Assembly: GCA_038087875.1 (NCBI GenBank)
Contig: CM075994.1
Span: 2,234,001-2,298,000, forward strand
Direction: 5' to 3'
DNA length: 64,000 nucleotides
Source of the DNA: Malacoraja senta
Taxonomy: Eukaryota
Shown: positions 48,444-62,000 of the stretch, piece by piece
How positions within the stretch are numbered: position 1 is the first letter of the stretch
Layout of the letters: the number at the start of each line of letters is the position of its first letter
Notes under the pieces: generated by a model
Told to the model about the DNA's origin: nothing
Databases searched by the model: none
The model's input: only the letters and a program-made list of their open reading frames with translations
Position numbers and translations under genes: made by a program

Positions 48444-49998
48444 AACTATAAGAAGAGGTTGGACAATCGGATTGTTTTCTCTTGAACATCGGAAGTTGAA
48501 GGAAGACCTGGTAGAAGTGTATCAAATTATGAGAGGCGTAGACAGTCTGAACCTTGCTCACAGGGTGGAAATGTCAAAGACTAGAGCACATAGGTTGAAG
48601 GTGAGAGGGGCAAAATGTAAAGGAGATGTGCAGGCCCAAGTCTTTTTAAACAGAGAGTGGTGGGTGCCTGGAATACCCTGCGGGGTGGTGGTGGAGACAG
48701 ATACGATAGCTGTGTTTGAGAGGCTTTTAGGTGGGCACATGGATATGGAGGGATATGGATGAGATGAGGCAGATGAGATTAGTTTATCTTGGCATCATGT
48801 TGGGCATAGATATTGTGAACTGAAGGACCTGTCCTTGTGCTGTACTGTCCTGTGTTCTAAAACTAGAGGTCATAGGTTTAAGGTGAGAGGAGAAAAATGT
48901 AAAAGGCATCTGAGGGGCAATTTTATCACCCAGAGTGGTGGGTATAAGAAATGAGCTGCCAGAGGAAGCTGTACAATTTCAACATTTAAACAGTTACATG
49001 TATAGAAAATATTTAGAGCGGTGTGGGCCAAACACAGACGAATGGGACTAGCTCAGGTAGACAACATGTTCAGCATAGATTAGTTGGGACAGAAGGACTG
49101 CTTTCATGCTGCATGACTTTAATTCTGTAAAATAATTGTGGTACACATCTAGTTACTGCTGGCAGTCCTGCCCATTTGCAGATTAGTTACTTAACTATGT
49201 AATCTTCTACGGGTTGGAAAACAATCCAAGATCCTGGGCCTTTCACTCTTTCCTCCCCAAACCTGCCTGCCTCTTCTACTTGCCCCTTTAAGTCCCTTCT
49301 TAATGCCTGCATCTTTGGTCAAGTTTTGGCCATCTGTCCTGATATTTCTTTGGAAGATAGACTCAAAATGCTGAAGAAACTCAGCGGGTCAGGCAGCATC
49401 TCTGGAGAAAAAGTATACGTGACATTTCGGGTCAGAAACAAGTCAGAAACCTTCTTCAGACACAAAATGTTACCTATTCTTTTTCTCCAGAGATGTTGCC
49501 TGACCTGCTGAGTTACTCAAGCATTTTGTGTCTACCTTTGGTATAAACTAGCATCTGTAGTTCCTTCCTACCAAATTTTTTTTGCGTGGCTTGTTTGTCA
49601 AATTTTATAATCTGTCCTGTAAAGTGCCCAAGGACGTTTAAAAGTGCCAACTAAATATTGTTTTTGCCGTTGTTGCTGAAATACCTTGATCATGTCCAAA
49701 TGGTAAAGAAAACTTGACCAAGAGCTCCCTTATCCTTGAACCCACGAGTCCTCTATATTAATAGTCTCTACGTGGTGCATTTTAGCTGCCGTGGCGAGGA
49801 GCTTGTATTTAGATAATAAAAAGCATGGGACCATGGACGTCAGCTTGTGTTTTATTCTTATGTGCCATCATTTGGATTGAAAGCAAATTGGTGTATGAAG
49901 CCTGAGGGTGACAGCTTTTGATTTCTTGTATTTAGGCGACCCAGCAATAACAAAAAAAAGAAAACAAAGACCTTAACTTTGCACTGCTGATTGGATTA

Positions 49999-50025
49999 AT
50001 GAAGGTTTTAAGTAACTCTGTTCTG
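49999..50025 (+). CDS. TAGAP: TAGAP coding exon 1 (MKVLSNSVL); exon starts at 49936
   Basis: Acceptor tttag|G at 49935/6, ATG at 49999, donor CTG|GTGAGT. Confidence 0.75.
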
Positions 50026-53000
50026 GTGAGTTGTAAATGTTTAAATAAATATAATCAGACTGTTAAATTGAATCAACTGATTTTCAGCCTTAGCTGCAGA
50101 GTTATCCTGCTGCAAATGTACTATATTTTCTTGGTAACTGAAGTAAAAGTGATTTTAGTGTATGCTTATGAAAGGGTCACACTGAACCAATGTAACCGGA
50201 AGAAGTAAATCTGAGTGGCTCATTCGGAAGATATGCCTTTGGCTCTAAAATAACAAACTAGTAGTTTTCTTACGGGTTAAGAAATCAATAGATGTCAGCT
50301 AGCTGCAATTTTCTGAAATGTAATTTTATCTGAAAAGTCAAACAAATATGGTCAACAATATAAATTCATAGTGTACGCTGTGGGATTAAGATTGTATTGC
50401 TCCAATGTCATTACCGAGCTGAAAGACAGACATTTAATGTGTGTGTGTGTCCGTGTACACGTGGATTGTAGGTTTCTAACTGGGTGTGTAAATCTGCTTT
50501 TAGTATGTATTGGACATAGCAGTGTGAACATGCATGTCATTTATGTGGGTATAATAGTGCCCGAGTGTAATGATTTTAGTGTATGAGAGCGTAGCATTGT
50601 ATTAGCCGTGTAATGGTGTGAATCCAGTAAAGTATAATGGTGTAAATGGGAGTCATTATATCATGCATTGTATGTGAAAGCCAGAAATATGGAAGATTCT
50701 AGGGATAATCAGCAGATCAGGCAGCATCTGTGGAGAGAGAAATAGAGGTTGATAGTCTTTCACAGATATGTGGGACCTATATTGGTTTGTAATTTGGACA
50801 TTTAATGGTGTATTATGTGAGAAGTAAGATTATGTGTGTTTGCGTGTAGATGTAGTGTGGATGTATAACAAGGGTTTTAGACGTATAATAATAATGTATT
50901 ATAGTATAGATGAATGTGTATTATACATAATGTAGATGTATCAAAAAGGTTTATACATAGTGTAGATGTATTATAGTGTATTATCATGGTGTAGATGTGT
51001 GATAATATGTTATAGTGTAGATGTATGACGGTGTATTACACACAGTGTATATGTATGAGTGTAATACACAATGTGCAGATGTATGATCGTGTATTACACA
51101 ATGTGCAGATGTATGATAATGTATTACACATAGTGGAGGTAGATGTATGATTAAAAATATTTTAAAGGCCAATTGTAGAAAACCTTATCAGTCTAAGGAG
51201 GATGATATAGTACATTTCTGTTATTCCATGTGTTAATGTATGCAGGTATGATGGTGCATGTATGTGTGTTGCTGCGATTATAGATGGATCTTTAAGGATT
51301 GATCCCAACAAGTAGAGAAACATTGGGTTTCCCACTTTTGTGCTACTTATAGGCTTGACACACCAGCAGTGGGCCATGTGGGGCAGCCAGCAATGAGGCA
51401 AAGCCAGCTGCGTAGTGGGGAGATATGAGGGGGTAGAAACAAAATTGAAAGTTAGCACCTGCCGTGTTCTAGTTTCTGGGTTTTCAGAGGTGTTTGAATG
51501 CATGCTTATTCGTGACAAAAATACTTTTATCTTCACAGTCTAAAACACTAACCGTAAGCAACATGGAACCACCTGGTGAGGTGGTAAAGACACTACTAAC
51601 GGAACCAGCAGAGCCGGTGAGTGATCAGTGGAATAAATACCTCTTGCAGGGCCTAGAATGGACAGGCATTTATCCATGATGAAAATAATTTAGATATTTT
51701 TAGTTTAGTTTATTATATTATTGTAACGTGTACTGAGGTATAGTGGAAAACTTTTTTGTTGCGTGCTGTCCAGTCAGTAGAAAAACTGTACATGGTCACA
51801 ATCAAGCCGTGTACAGATACAGGATAAAAGGAATAACATTTAGTGCCAGGTAAAGTCCAATTAAAGATAGTCTGAGGGTATCCAATGAGATAGATGGTAG
51901 CTCAAGACCACTCTCTTATTATTTTGCAGTGGGAATGGAAATATTTCCGGCAATATACCTGGCTTGTAATTAGATCATTTTAGATTTTGTTTGATACATT
52001 TATGTTTTAGGTATGTTTATTAAACTTTGATGAATGAAACTGAGGTGTAAATTTAACTACATGTGAAAACAAGAGATTGGCGTTACTATTAAATGACTAG
52101 TTGTACTTGTGATGTGTCAGGTCAGTATCTCACTGCATCTTGTTTGTATTTTTAGGGAGATACTGAGAACCTCCAACTGGTGCTGTCAAACAGCAAGAAC
52201 TTGGTTTCTTCCCTGATTGGTGAGTTTGAAAGTAAACCAGCGTATTCTCCCGCCAGATGTACGAGCCTGTGGTTTAGCCAGTTACAAACAGACAGTCAAG
52301 AGCCTCCTCAACCTCTCCTTTAAGCTAACGCATCATTTAAATAGATTGATTGAAAGTTACAGCATGTAAACATGCCCTTCGGCCCACTGAGTCCACGCCA
52401 ACTATCGATCACCCATTAACATTATTTCCATGTTATCCCACTTGTGCATCCACTCCCTACACACTAGGGGCAATTTTCTTTATAGATGTGATTAATCTAC
52501 AAACCCCGCACATCTTTGGGATGTGGGAGGAAACTGGAGAACCTCGAGGAAACCCACGTGGTCACAGGGAAAACTGTGAGACAACACCCGAGGTCAGGAT
52601 CGAACCTGGGTCTCTGGTGCTGTGAAGCAGCAGAGGTGCCAGAATGCCGCCTCTTTTTTCATTTTTTTTTTAAATCTATCAGTGAGAGTGGGTACTTGGT
52701 TACTGGCTTGAAAACAACTAACAAAGATAGACACTGAGTGCTGGAGTAACTCAATGGGTCAGGCAGCATCCCTGAAAAACATGGATAGGTGATGTTTCGG
52801 GTCGGGACCCTTCTTCATTCCCGACCCGAAACGTCGCCTATCCATGTTCTGCAGAGATGCTGCTTGACCCATTGATTTACTCCAGTACTTAGCGGCATTG
52901 TTTTGTAAACCAGCATCTGCAGTTCCTTGTTTCGCTAAGAAAGAGTAAAATTTTAAAGACACCATTGTACGTCTTTAGAGATTGGTATCTTTATCCTATA

Positions 53001-56000
53001 GTATGTTTTTGTTATTCCATTTGTTAATAGAAATTAACAAAGGTGAACTATGGAAATATTTAATACGTTTTTTATATATGGGGGTCGTACTTTCCCGAAT
53101 CACTTCCCCATGTACTTTCCCTGTCTAATTTCTGTCTGTGCTTTCGCATGTATTTGTATGATGAATAGATACTTTCACATCTATTTTTTCATTTTACTTT
53201 CACATATTCAGATGCTTAGGCTTGTGGTCGAAATCCCCCTTCACGTGCAAATGCTATCAATTACATTAAGATCAGCTTCCTGGTTCTAATGCACAAGTTC
53301 CCATTTCAAACAGAAGCTGATTGGGCATGCATTTTTTTAAATGAAGAGTCTTTTATTTGAATTTTTATTGCTATTATTCATTTCCTATCTAATGTGGTGA
53401 GAATTACACATAATTAGCTTATCTGCAGATTTCTTTTCTAGGAAATGCTACTTCGAGCTAAGGCTGGCATGTGCACAGCTATGTAGATTGTACCACAGAT
53501 TGTTCCAAAATGCAGATGTGGGCAGAAGGAAAGAATAAAAAAAGAAACTTGTTCTTTTAGATTGTGGCATTGTATTCTAATCATACTTTTTATTGCCCTT
53601 GTAGATCATCGGTGTACATTCAGCACCAAGACAAACCAATTGCGCAAAGAACAGGCAAAGTGTGATTTGTCATCAGGCAACATGGAAAGAAAGCCTTTCA
53701 AGTCATCAGAGAAATCCTGCTGCCAAGTCCAACACTCTCAAGGTACCATCAGAGATGTAGAAACAAGGAATTGCAGATGCTGGTTTACAAAAGAAGACAC
53801 AGTGCTGGAGTAGCTCGGCGGGTCAGGCAGCATCGTAGGAGAAAATTGACATGTGAAGTTTCAGGTCCGGGCCCTTCTTCAGACTGGTAAAGTCTGAAGA
53901 AGGATCCGACCCGAAACATCACTTATTCATATTCTTCTGAGATGCTGCGTGACCTGCTGAGCGACTCCAGCACTGTGTCACTCTCCAGGTACGTTGGGTG
54001 AAGCTGCTTTTGAAAAGTAGAAGCGATTTTGAGAGAGGTTCTACCATTGCAAACATGTGGAAGTTTGATAAACACATGCATTGCAGAATTCTGTAGGATT
54101 GGTGGTTCAGAACAATTCTGTTTCAAGCTTCTTATGTAAGAAAGTACCCGGATTGAGCTTGATCTCCGGTTTTGAAATGGTAAACATTTACTGAGAGGCA
54201 CAGCATCACTATGAGCTCCCCATAATCCATCCTGCCCTGTACCTATCCTCAGGTTAGTTTGTATGTTGTCGTGCAGGTTGAAATAAAATTAATGGAGTGG
54301 CACAGAGGTAGTTGCTACCTTAAAGCGCCAGAGACCTGGGTTCGATCCTGACTATGAGTGGTGTCTGTATGGAGTTTGCACATTCTCCCTGTGACCATGT
54401 GGGATTCCTCTGGGTGCTCCCGTTTCCTCCCACATTCCAAAGACGCACAGGTTTGCAGGTTTGCAGGTTAATTGACTTCAGTAAAAATCGTTTTAAAAAT
54501 TGTCCCAGTGTATAGGATAGTGCCAGTGTACTGGGATCGCTGGTTGGCATGGATTCGGTGGGCTGAAGGGCCTGTTTCCGCACTGTATCTCACTGTATAA
54601 ACGAAACTAAAATTGCTTTTGAACTCAGTTGTTAAAATTACACCCTCCCTGTTATATTTCATTCACGACTATGATGACATTTCCTTTTCTTTCATTTGAA
54701 TCAGATGCCAGATTGAAGCACTGCAAGAAAAACAAACTAAAAGGACAGTGGCCTTTCCGTAAAAACTCAGCAAGCAGTGAATCCCATTCTTCCAGGAATG
54801 ACGGCCTTTTTGATCGGCCTCTTAAAGACGTTTGTGATCACAAAGATGTTCTCAGCAAGCCAATCCTGGTAAGTTGACAGTAACCCTCCCTCCCAAATTC
54901 TCATGCCAAGAACTGGGGCCCAGCATACATGAGGGGAAAAGATTGGGTAAATGCACAGTCTTTTGCCCAGAGTAGGGGAATCGAGAACCAGAGGACATAG
55001 GTTTACGGTGAGAGGGGAAAGATTTAATAGGAACCTGTGGGGTAGCTTGTTTACACAAGTGATGGTGGGTATATGGAATGAGCTGCCAGAAGAGATAGTT
55101 GAGGCAGGGACTATCATAATGTTTAAGAGAAGTCTGGCCAGGTACATGGATAAGATAGGTTCAAAGGGCTATGGACCAATTACGGGCAGGTGGGACTAAT
55201 GTAGATGAGGCATGTTGGTCAGCGTGGGCAAGTTGGGCTGAATGGTTTGTTACCATGTGGTATGACTACTAAAGATTGACACCAGCTACATATTCATAGA
55301 ACAGTACAGTGTAGACGCAAGAGATTGTAGATGCTGCAATCTTGCGTAGAACACAGTGCTGGAGTAACTCAGCATGTCAGGCAACATCTCTAGAGTTCAC
55401 GGATAAGGTTCAGGCCGGGATCTTTTCTTCTAACTCGGTGGAACAATACGGCAAAAGAACCATAGGTCCCATAGCCCACAATGTCCGTGCCAAACATGAT
55501 GCCAAGATAATCTAATCTGATCTTGCCCACACATGATTCAAATCTCTCCATTCTATGCAATTTTCAGGTTGGACTTTGTGTATCTGAACTGGTTCCACAG
55601 AGAAACAAAATGAATATGTTTAAAGTAATAGTGATAGTGGAACTGTTGCAAAGAATCACTTTTCCCCTGTATGGCTTGGTTGCAAACATGTTTTTAGAGA
55701 GTCATGAGATTGAGAAATAGCCTATCGAAAGCTGCCTTTCTGAGCAAATAATTTCTTGTAATAATAGTTTCCTTTTCGTGTTGTGTTTTGCTCTAGGATA
55801 TCCTGACCGTCCTGCTCCAGAAAGGACCCTCATCAGTTGGAATATTTCGAAAGTCAGCAAACGTAAAGACCTGCAAGGAACTAATTGAAAAACTAAACAC
55901 GGGAAAGGAAGTGTTCTTGGAGGAGGAACCCGTCAACCAGTTGGCTGCTGTCTTCAAGGTAGAATAAATTGAAACTCGAAACAGGGGTTGCAGAGCTGGG

Positions 56001-59000
56001 AAGCGTTTGACGATTTAATATCAGTTACTTGCGGCCTCATTGACTAATTCTGAATGTGTCTAATGCAGAATTTCCTACGGAGAATCCCAAACAGCGTCCT
56101 GGCGACCGAACTATACGATAGCTGGATGGTGGCTATGGAGAAAGTGCCCTCTGAAGAAAGAATTGCAGAGATCAAACAGTGAGTATCATCCTGATGTATG
56201 CTGCACCTCTCAGTGAATGTTTACAGTTACAAAGGTCAGAAGTTAAAAGTTAGAAGGATGAGGGGGCTCCTCATTGAAACTTACCAAACAGTGAAAGGCC
56301 CAGATAGAGTGGATGAGGAGAGGATGTTTCCACTAATGGGAGAGTCAAGGACCAGAGGCCATAGCCTCAGAATAAAAGGATGTACTTTTAGAAAGGAGAT
56401 GAGGATGAATTTCTTGAGTCAGAGGGTGGTGAATCTGTGGAATACATTGCAACAGATGGCTGTGGAGGCCGTAAATGGATATTTTTAAGGCGGAGATTGA
56501 CAGATTCTTGATTGGTATTGGTGTCAGGGGTTATGGGGGGAAGGCATGAGAATGGGGTTGAGAGGGTAAGATTGATCAGCCTGATTGAATGGAGGAGTAG
56601 ACTTGATGGGCCGAATGACCTAATTCTGCTCCTAGAACTTATGAACATGAACAAAACAGGAGCACAAACTCAATCCTCAGGTACTTTGTGTTCCAATAGT
56701 GAAATCATCTAGGGTCTACTAATTTGCTTCCCTTTTATCATTTGTTCATGTGTCTGTGATACCAAAATATATTTCAAGTCAATCTTGACTGTCCATGAAT
56801 ATAACTGTAATGTTTCATGTTGTAATCATTATATTTTGTTGATTGGCATCAAATAAAACAGCAGCATGATATGCAATACAACTTAAAGAGACACTTAAAA
56901 AAAAGACCTTTGTAGTACAACCAAATGTTGTAAACCGGCCTATTATCTGAATTGCAACAACCAACACCAAAGACATATGCCAGATTTTAAAATATTTCCA
57001 AAAATAAGCAACTTAATGCAATAGCATTATAGATAACGGCTCATTATTTTCTTGAAGAAATCACACAATCACTAAAGCCGTTGTGTGTGTTGACCATGTT
57101 AAAAAAGTAGATGTCATTCTGCACATTCTTTCTCCTGATACCAAATGTTCTACCTAACTCATCATTAAGAAGACTTTGTTCAGAGCAGCTGAAGGTCCAT
57201 TGCTGGGGGATTTCCTGCCCCCAAATAAAGTTTAGAAAACTCCAGTGTCTTGGAGGAAGTACTGAATTGAGTAATGAAGAATTTGTAACTAACTAATATA
57301 TATATATTTTTTTTAAATTTTTATTTATTAGAAGTACATTACATCACAGCCACATACATTAATACTCGTCATTTATATCTTCTTACAATTAATGTACTCC
57401 CTTTATTTATTTTTTTTTACACTAAAGAAAGAAAAGATTGAAAGAGAGAAGAAAGTGAAGGAAAAAGTGCAAGTGTAGAAAAGTGTAGAAAATGTAACAA
57501 CAAAAAAAAAGGACGAGGACCCTATGAGAGCGAAATTAAAAACAAAAAGAAAAAGAGTTAAGAAATAGGCCCTAAGAAAAGAAAAGAGAGAGAGAAAAAA
57601 AGAAAAACAAATGTTTTTTTTTGAGCATCACGTAAATAGGACATACCAACTCTTCAACTATCATCCCCCCTTACCCGACCTCAATTTTTTATTTTTTTAA
57701 AGTACTTTTGCACCCTATGTTTGTAATAATTCTATAAATGCAGACCACGTCAGGTGGAAGTGATCTGGTTTACCTGCTAGGAGGAGTCTTATCTCTTCAA
57801 GGTGTAGTGTTTCAAACATATTTGAAATCCACATATTTATAGTTGGTATTGGAGCCTTCTTCCAAAATTTTAGAATTAGCTTTTTTCCAGTTATTAACCC
57901 ATAATCCATTAATTTCTTTTGAAACACATTTAGTTCTGGATCATCTTCCGTTATTCCGAAGATAATCCATTCTGCTTTGGGTATCAGTCTTGTTTTAAAT
58001 AACTTTGTAAAGATTTCAAAAATTTCATTCCAAAATTTTTGAATTTTTGTACAGAAGACAAATGAGTGCGCTATAGTTGCTTCTTGGGATTGACATTTAT
58101 CACAAATAGATGATACGTTTGGGAAAATTTTATGAATTTTAGTTTTCGAATAATATAATCTATGTAAAATTTTAAATTGTATTAAAGTGTGTCTTACATT
58201 AATCGAGCATTTATGTACTTTTAATAAGTATTCATTCCAACTTTCCTTTGAAATTTTAATAGCTAACTCTTGTTCCCAGTCTCTTCTGATACCCTCCGTA
58301 GATGGTATTTGTACATTTAAGATAATATTGTACAAATATGATATTAAGTTTGTTGATTCCGCTTTTGTCTGCATTGCCTCGTCCAGTACATCTGCTGGGT
58401 TATTATGATGATCTTTTATATATTTTTTCAAATAGTCGCATATTTGAAAGTATTTAAAATATTGATTATTTCCGAGTTTATATTTTATTTGTAATTGTTG
58501 AAATGAAAGTAATTTTCCAGTTTCATACAAGTCACCAAGCGTTTTAATTCCTAGTCTATCCCATTGTGTATAAGCTTTATCTATAATAGAAGGACTAAAC
58601 AAAGGGTTATTGACTATAGGTAATAAAAGTGATAAGTTTCTTAATTTTAAATTTTGTTTTATTTGTTTCCAAATACGGATTGTACTATGAATAATTGGGT
58701 TCTTATTATAGTTTATGTTATTCAATTTCATTGGAGAGGAGGATCGCTCCAATGTTTCTAGAGGAGCAATCCTCTTTCTCCATTACAATCCAGTCTACTT
58801 GCTGGGCGGAGTTATCCATCAGTTGAATCATGTTTTTAATATTTACTGACCAATAATAATACATAAAATTGGGTAGTGCTAGACCCCCCAATACTTTAGA
58901 TTTATTCAGATGGGTTTTTTGTATTCTATGTGATTTATAGTCCCATATAAAATTAGTGATATCTGAGTCGAGTTTTTTAAAAAACTTCTTAGGTAAGTAT

Positions 59001-62000
59001 ATAGGAATTGATTGAAATAGGTATAAAATTTGTGGTAAAAAGATCATTTTTATTGCGTTTATTCGGCCTATTAAAGACATCGGAAGCGTTTTCCAGAATT
59101 TAATTAATGTATTCAGTTTATTAAGTAGGGGGTCAAAATTTGCCCTGAGCATACCTTGATATGCTCTGGTAATTTCGATTCCCAAATATTTAAATTTTTC
59201 TGTAGCTATTTTAAAAGGGAATTTTAAAAGATGTGTTGAATCTTTCGGTTTTATTGACATAATTTCACTTTTATTCCAATTTATTCTATATCCAGAAAAA
59301 GATCCGAAGTCTTCAATTAAATTTAATATATTTGGTATAGTGATTTGAGGTTTTGTAATATACAATAATATATCATCCGCGTATAAAGATATTTTATTAT
59401 ATGAGTCTTTAGTATTATATCCATGAATATCAGGGTGTATTCTAATTTTTTCTGCTAGCGGTTCAATAATGAGAGCAAACAGCTGTGGTGATAATGAGCA
59501 TCCTTGTCTATTTCCCCTTGATAGTTGAAATTTCAAGGATAATATGTTATTAGTAAGTATTCTAGCTGTAGGTTTGTTATATAGTAACTTAATCCATAAA
59601 ATAAAATTCTCTCCCAGTTGAAATTTTTGTAATACTTTATCCATATAATTCCATTCTACTTGATCAAATGCTTTTTCAGCATCCAGCGAAATAATTGATA
59701 ATTCTTGATCTTCAGATTTGTGTGAGTGCATTATGTTGAGTAGACGTCTCATATTATTAGAAGAGTATCTCTTAGGGATAAACCCTGTCTGATCTGGGTT
59801 TATTAATTTACTAATGTATTTACTTAATCTTCTGGCTAATGTTTTCGCTAATATTTTTTGATCTGTGTTTAACAATGCTATAGCTCTATATGAGCCAGGT
59901 TCTTCTAAATCCTTATTTTTCTTAGGTATTAATGTAATCGTTGATTCCGCTAATGTATCAGGTAGTATTCGTTTTTTAAAAGCGTATTGGTACATTTTTT
60001 GTAATCTTGGTATTATTTTATCATAAAAGTTTTTATAAAATTCATTAGTAAATCCATCAGGGCCTGGTGTTTTTCCATTTTTTAGTGAGTTTATTGTATC
60101 TTCGTAACTAACTAATATAACAGGAACTTTTTACTTTTGCTTTAGGCTTCTGGCAAAACTTCCAAACCACAACTGCCTCTTACTTCGCTATGTGTTTTGT
60201 CTGCTCTACTACATTAATAAGCACTCGGAGGTGAACAGGATGGATGCCTACAATCTTGCTATTTGCATTGGCCCAAATATGCTCTGGCCCAACAAACCTC
60301 CACTGGATGCACTGCAGAAAGAAGTAACTGCAAAGGTAAATAAATACACCTTGCATGCTGTTAACCTCTCTGGATAGAACATAGAACAGTACAGCACAGT
60401 AACAGGCCCATTGGCCCACAATGATCATGCTGAATATGATCCAAGTTCAACTGATCTCATCTGCCTGTACATATCCCTATATTCCCTGCATTTCCATGTG
60501 TCTACCTAAAAGTCTCTTAAATGACACTATTGTATCTGCCTCCACCACCACCCATAACAATGCATTCCAAGCTCCCACCACTGTGTAAAAAAACTTGATC
60601 CGCACATCTCCATTACACTTCCCCACTCTCAACTTATAGCTATGTCTTTTGGTGTTGGAAATTTCCACCCTGGGAGGAATGGTTCTGATTGTCTACCCTA
60701 TCTATGCCTCTCATGATTTTATACACTTCTATCAAGTCTCCCCTCAACATCAGACGTTCCAGAGAAAACCTCTGATGTTCCAGAGAAAGGTGGAGAAAAT
60801 TTTGAGATTAGCAAATAGTGAAAGGCATGGATAGAGTGAATGTGGAGAAGTTGGTTCCACTAGTGGGAGAGTCTAGGACCAGAGGCCATAGCCTCAGAAT
60901 AAAAGGATGTACCTTTAGAAAGGAGATGAGGAGGAATTTCTTTAGTCAGAGGGTGGTGAGTCTGTGGAATTCTTTGCCACAGACGGCTGTGGAGGCGAAG
61001 TCAATGGATATTTTTAAGGCAGAGATTGACAGATTCTTGATTAGTTAGGGTATCGGGGTTATGGGGAGAAAGCAGGAGAATGGGGTTGAGAGGGAAAGAT
61101 AGATCGGCCACGATTGAATGGCGGATTAGACGTGATGGGCCAAATGGCCTAATTCTGTTCCTGTAACATATGATCTTATGAACAGAAAAAATACAATTTG
61201 ATCGTTTGTAACATTTATTCTGAATATTGATTCTATGCAACTATCACGCAGTGATCAAATCCATTTTCACTACAGGTTGTGGCTCTGACGCAGTTTCTGA
61301 TCGAGAACTGTTGCCCGATATTTGGTAATGAGACAACTACACTTCTGGGTGAACCAGCACAAGGGCTATCAGAAAACACTGACAACCTGGGTAAGTAGAA
61401 CATGCATATGCGTCACATTTTAAATTAACTTGCATTTATATACTTCAAGACATTACAATGTAGTTTACAACCAATGAGTTACATCAAGGGCAGCTATTAA
61501 CATGCATTGGGCAAACCTCACAGCCAGACTTTACAGAGAAAACAATGATTTTGCTTCCGAATGCAGAAATGTTGGCTAGTTATTTGGACTACTCCTCCCA
61601 TCTTGCCTCTTGCAAGGACTCCTCTTTCAAAGAAATGCTCTTATTTTTCTTTGATCAATGCTTATATATTGTTTAAATTCTCTCAGACACACTGGTTCAA
61701 TATCTCACTGGTTCAATATCTCACTCCTTATTCACATTGTAACATGGATTCATTATCCCCACTCAATTGTCAACCTAGACTGTATGCTCAAGGCCTGAAG
61801 AACGATTTTTTTTCATGGCCATATGACTCACGATCAGATATAGGAAGATAACATTCAAGAGAGATAGAAGGCAAAAAGTTCTGGATTAACTCAGCGTGTC
61901 AGGCAGCTTCTCAGCGAGAACATGGATAGGCGATGTTTTGAGTCTGGACCCTTCTTCAGACTGATTGTTTTGGGGCGGAACTGGAAGAGAGGAGGGATTG

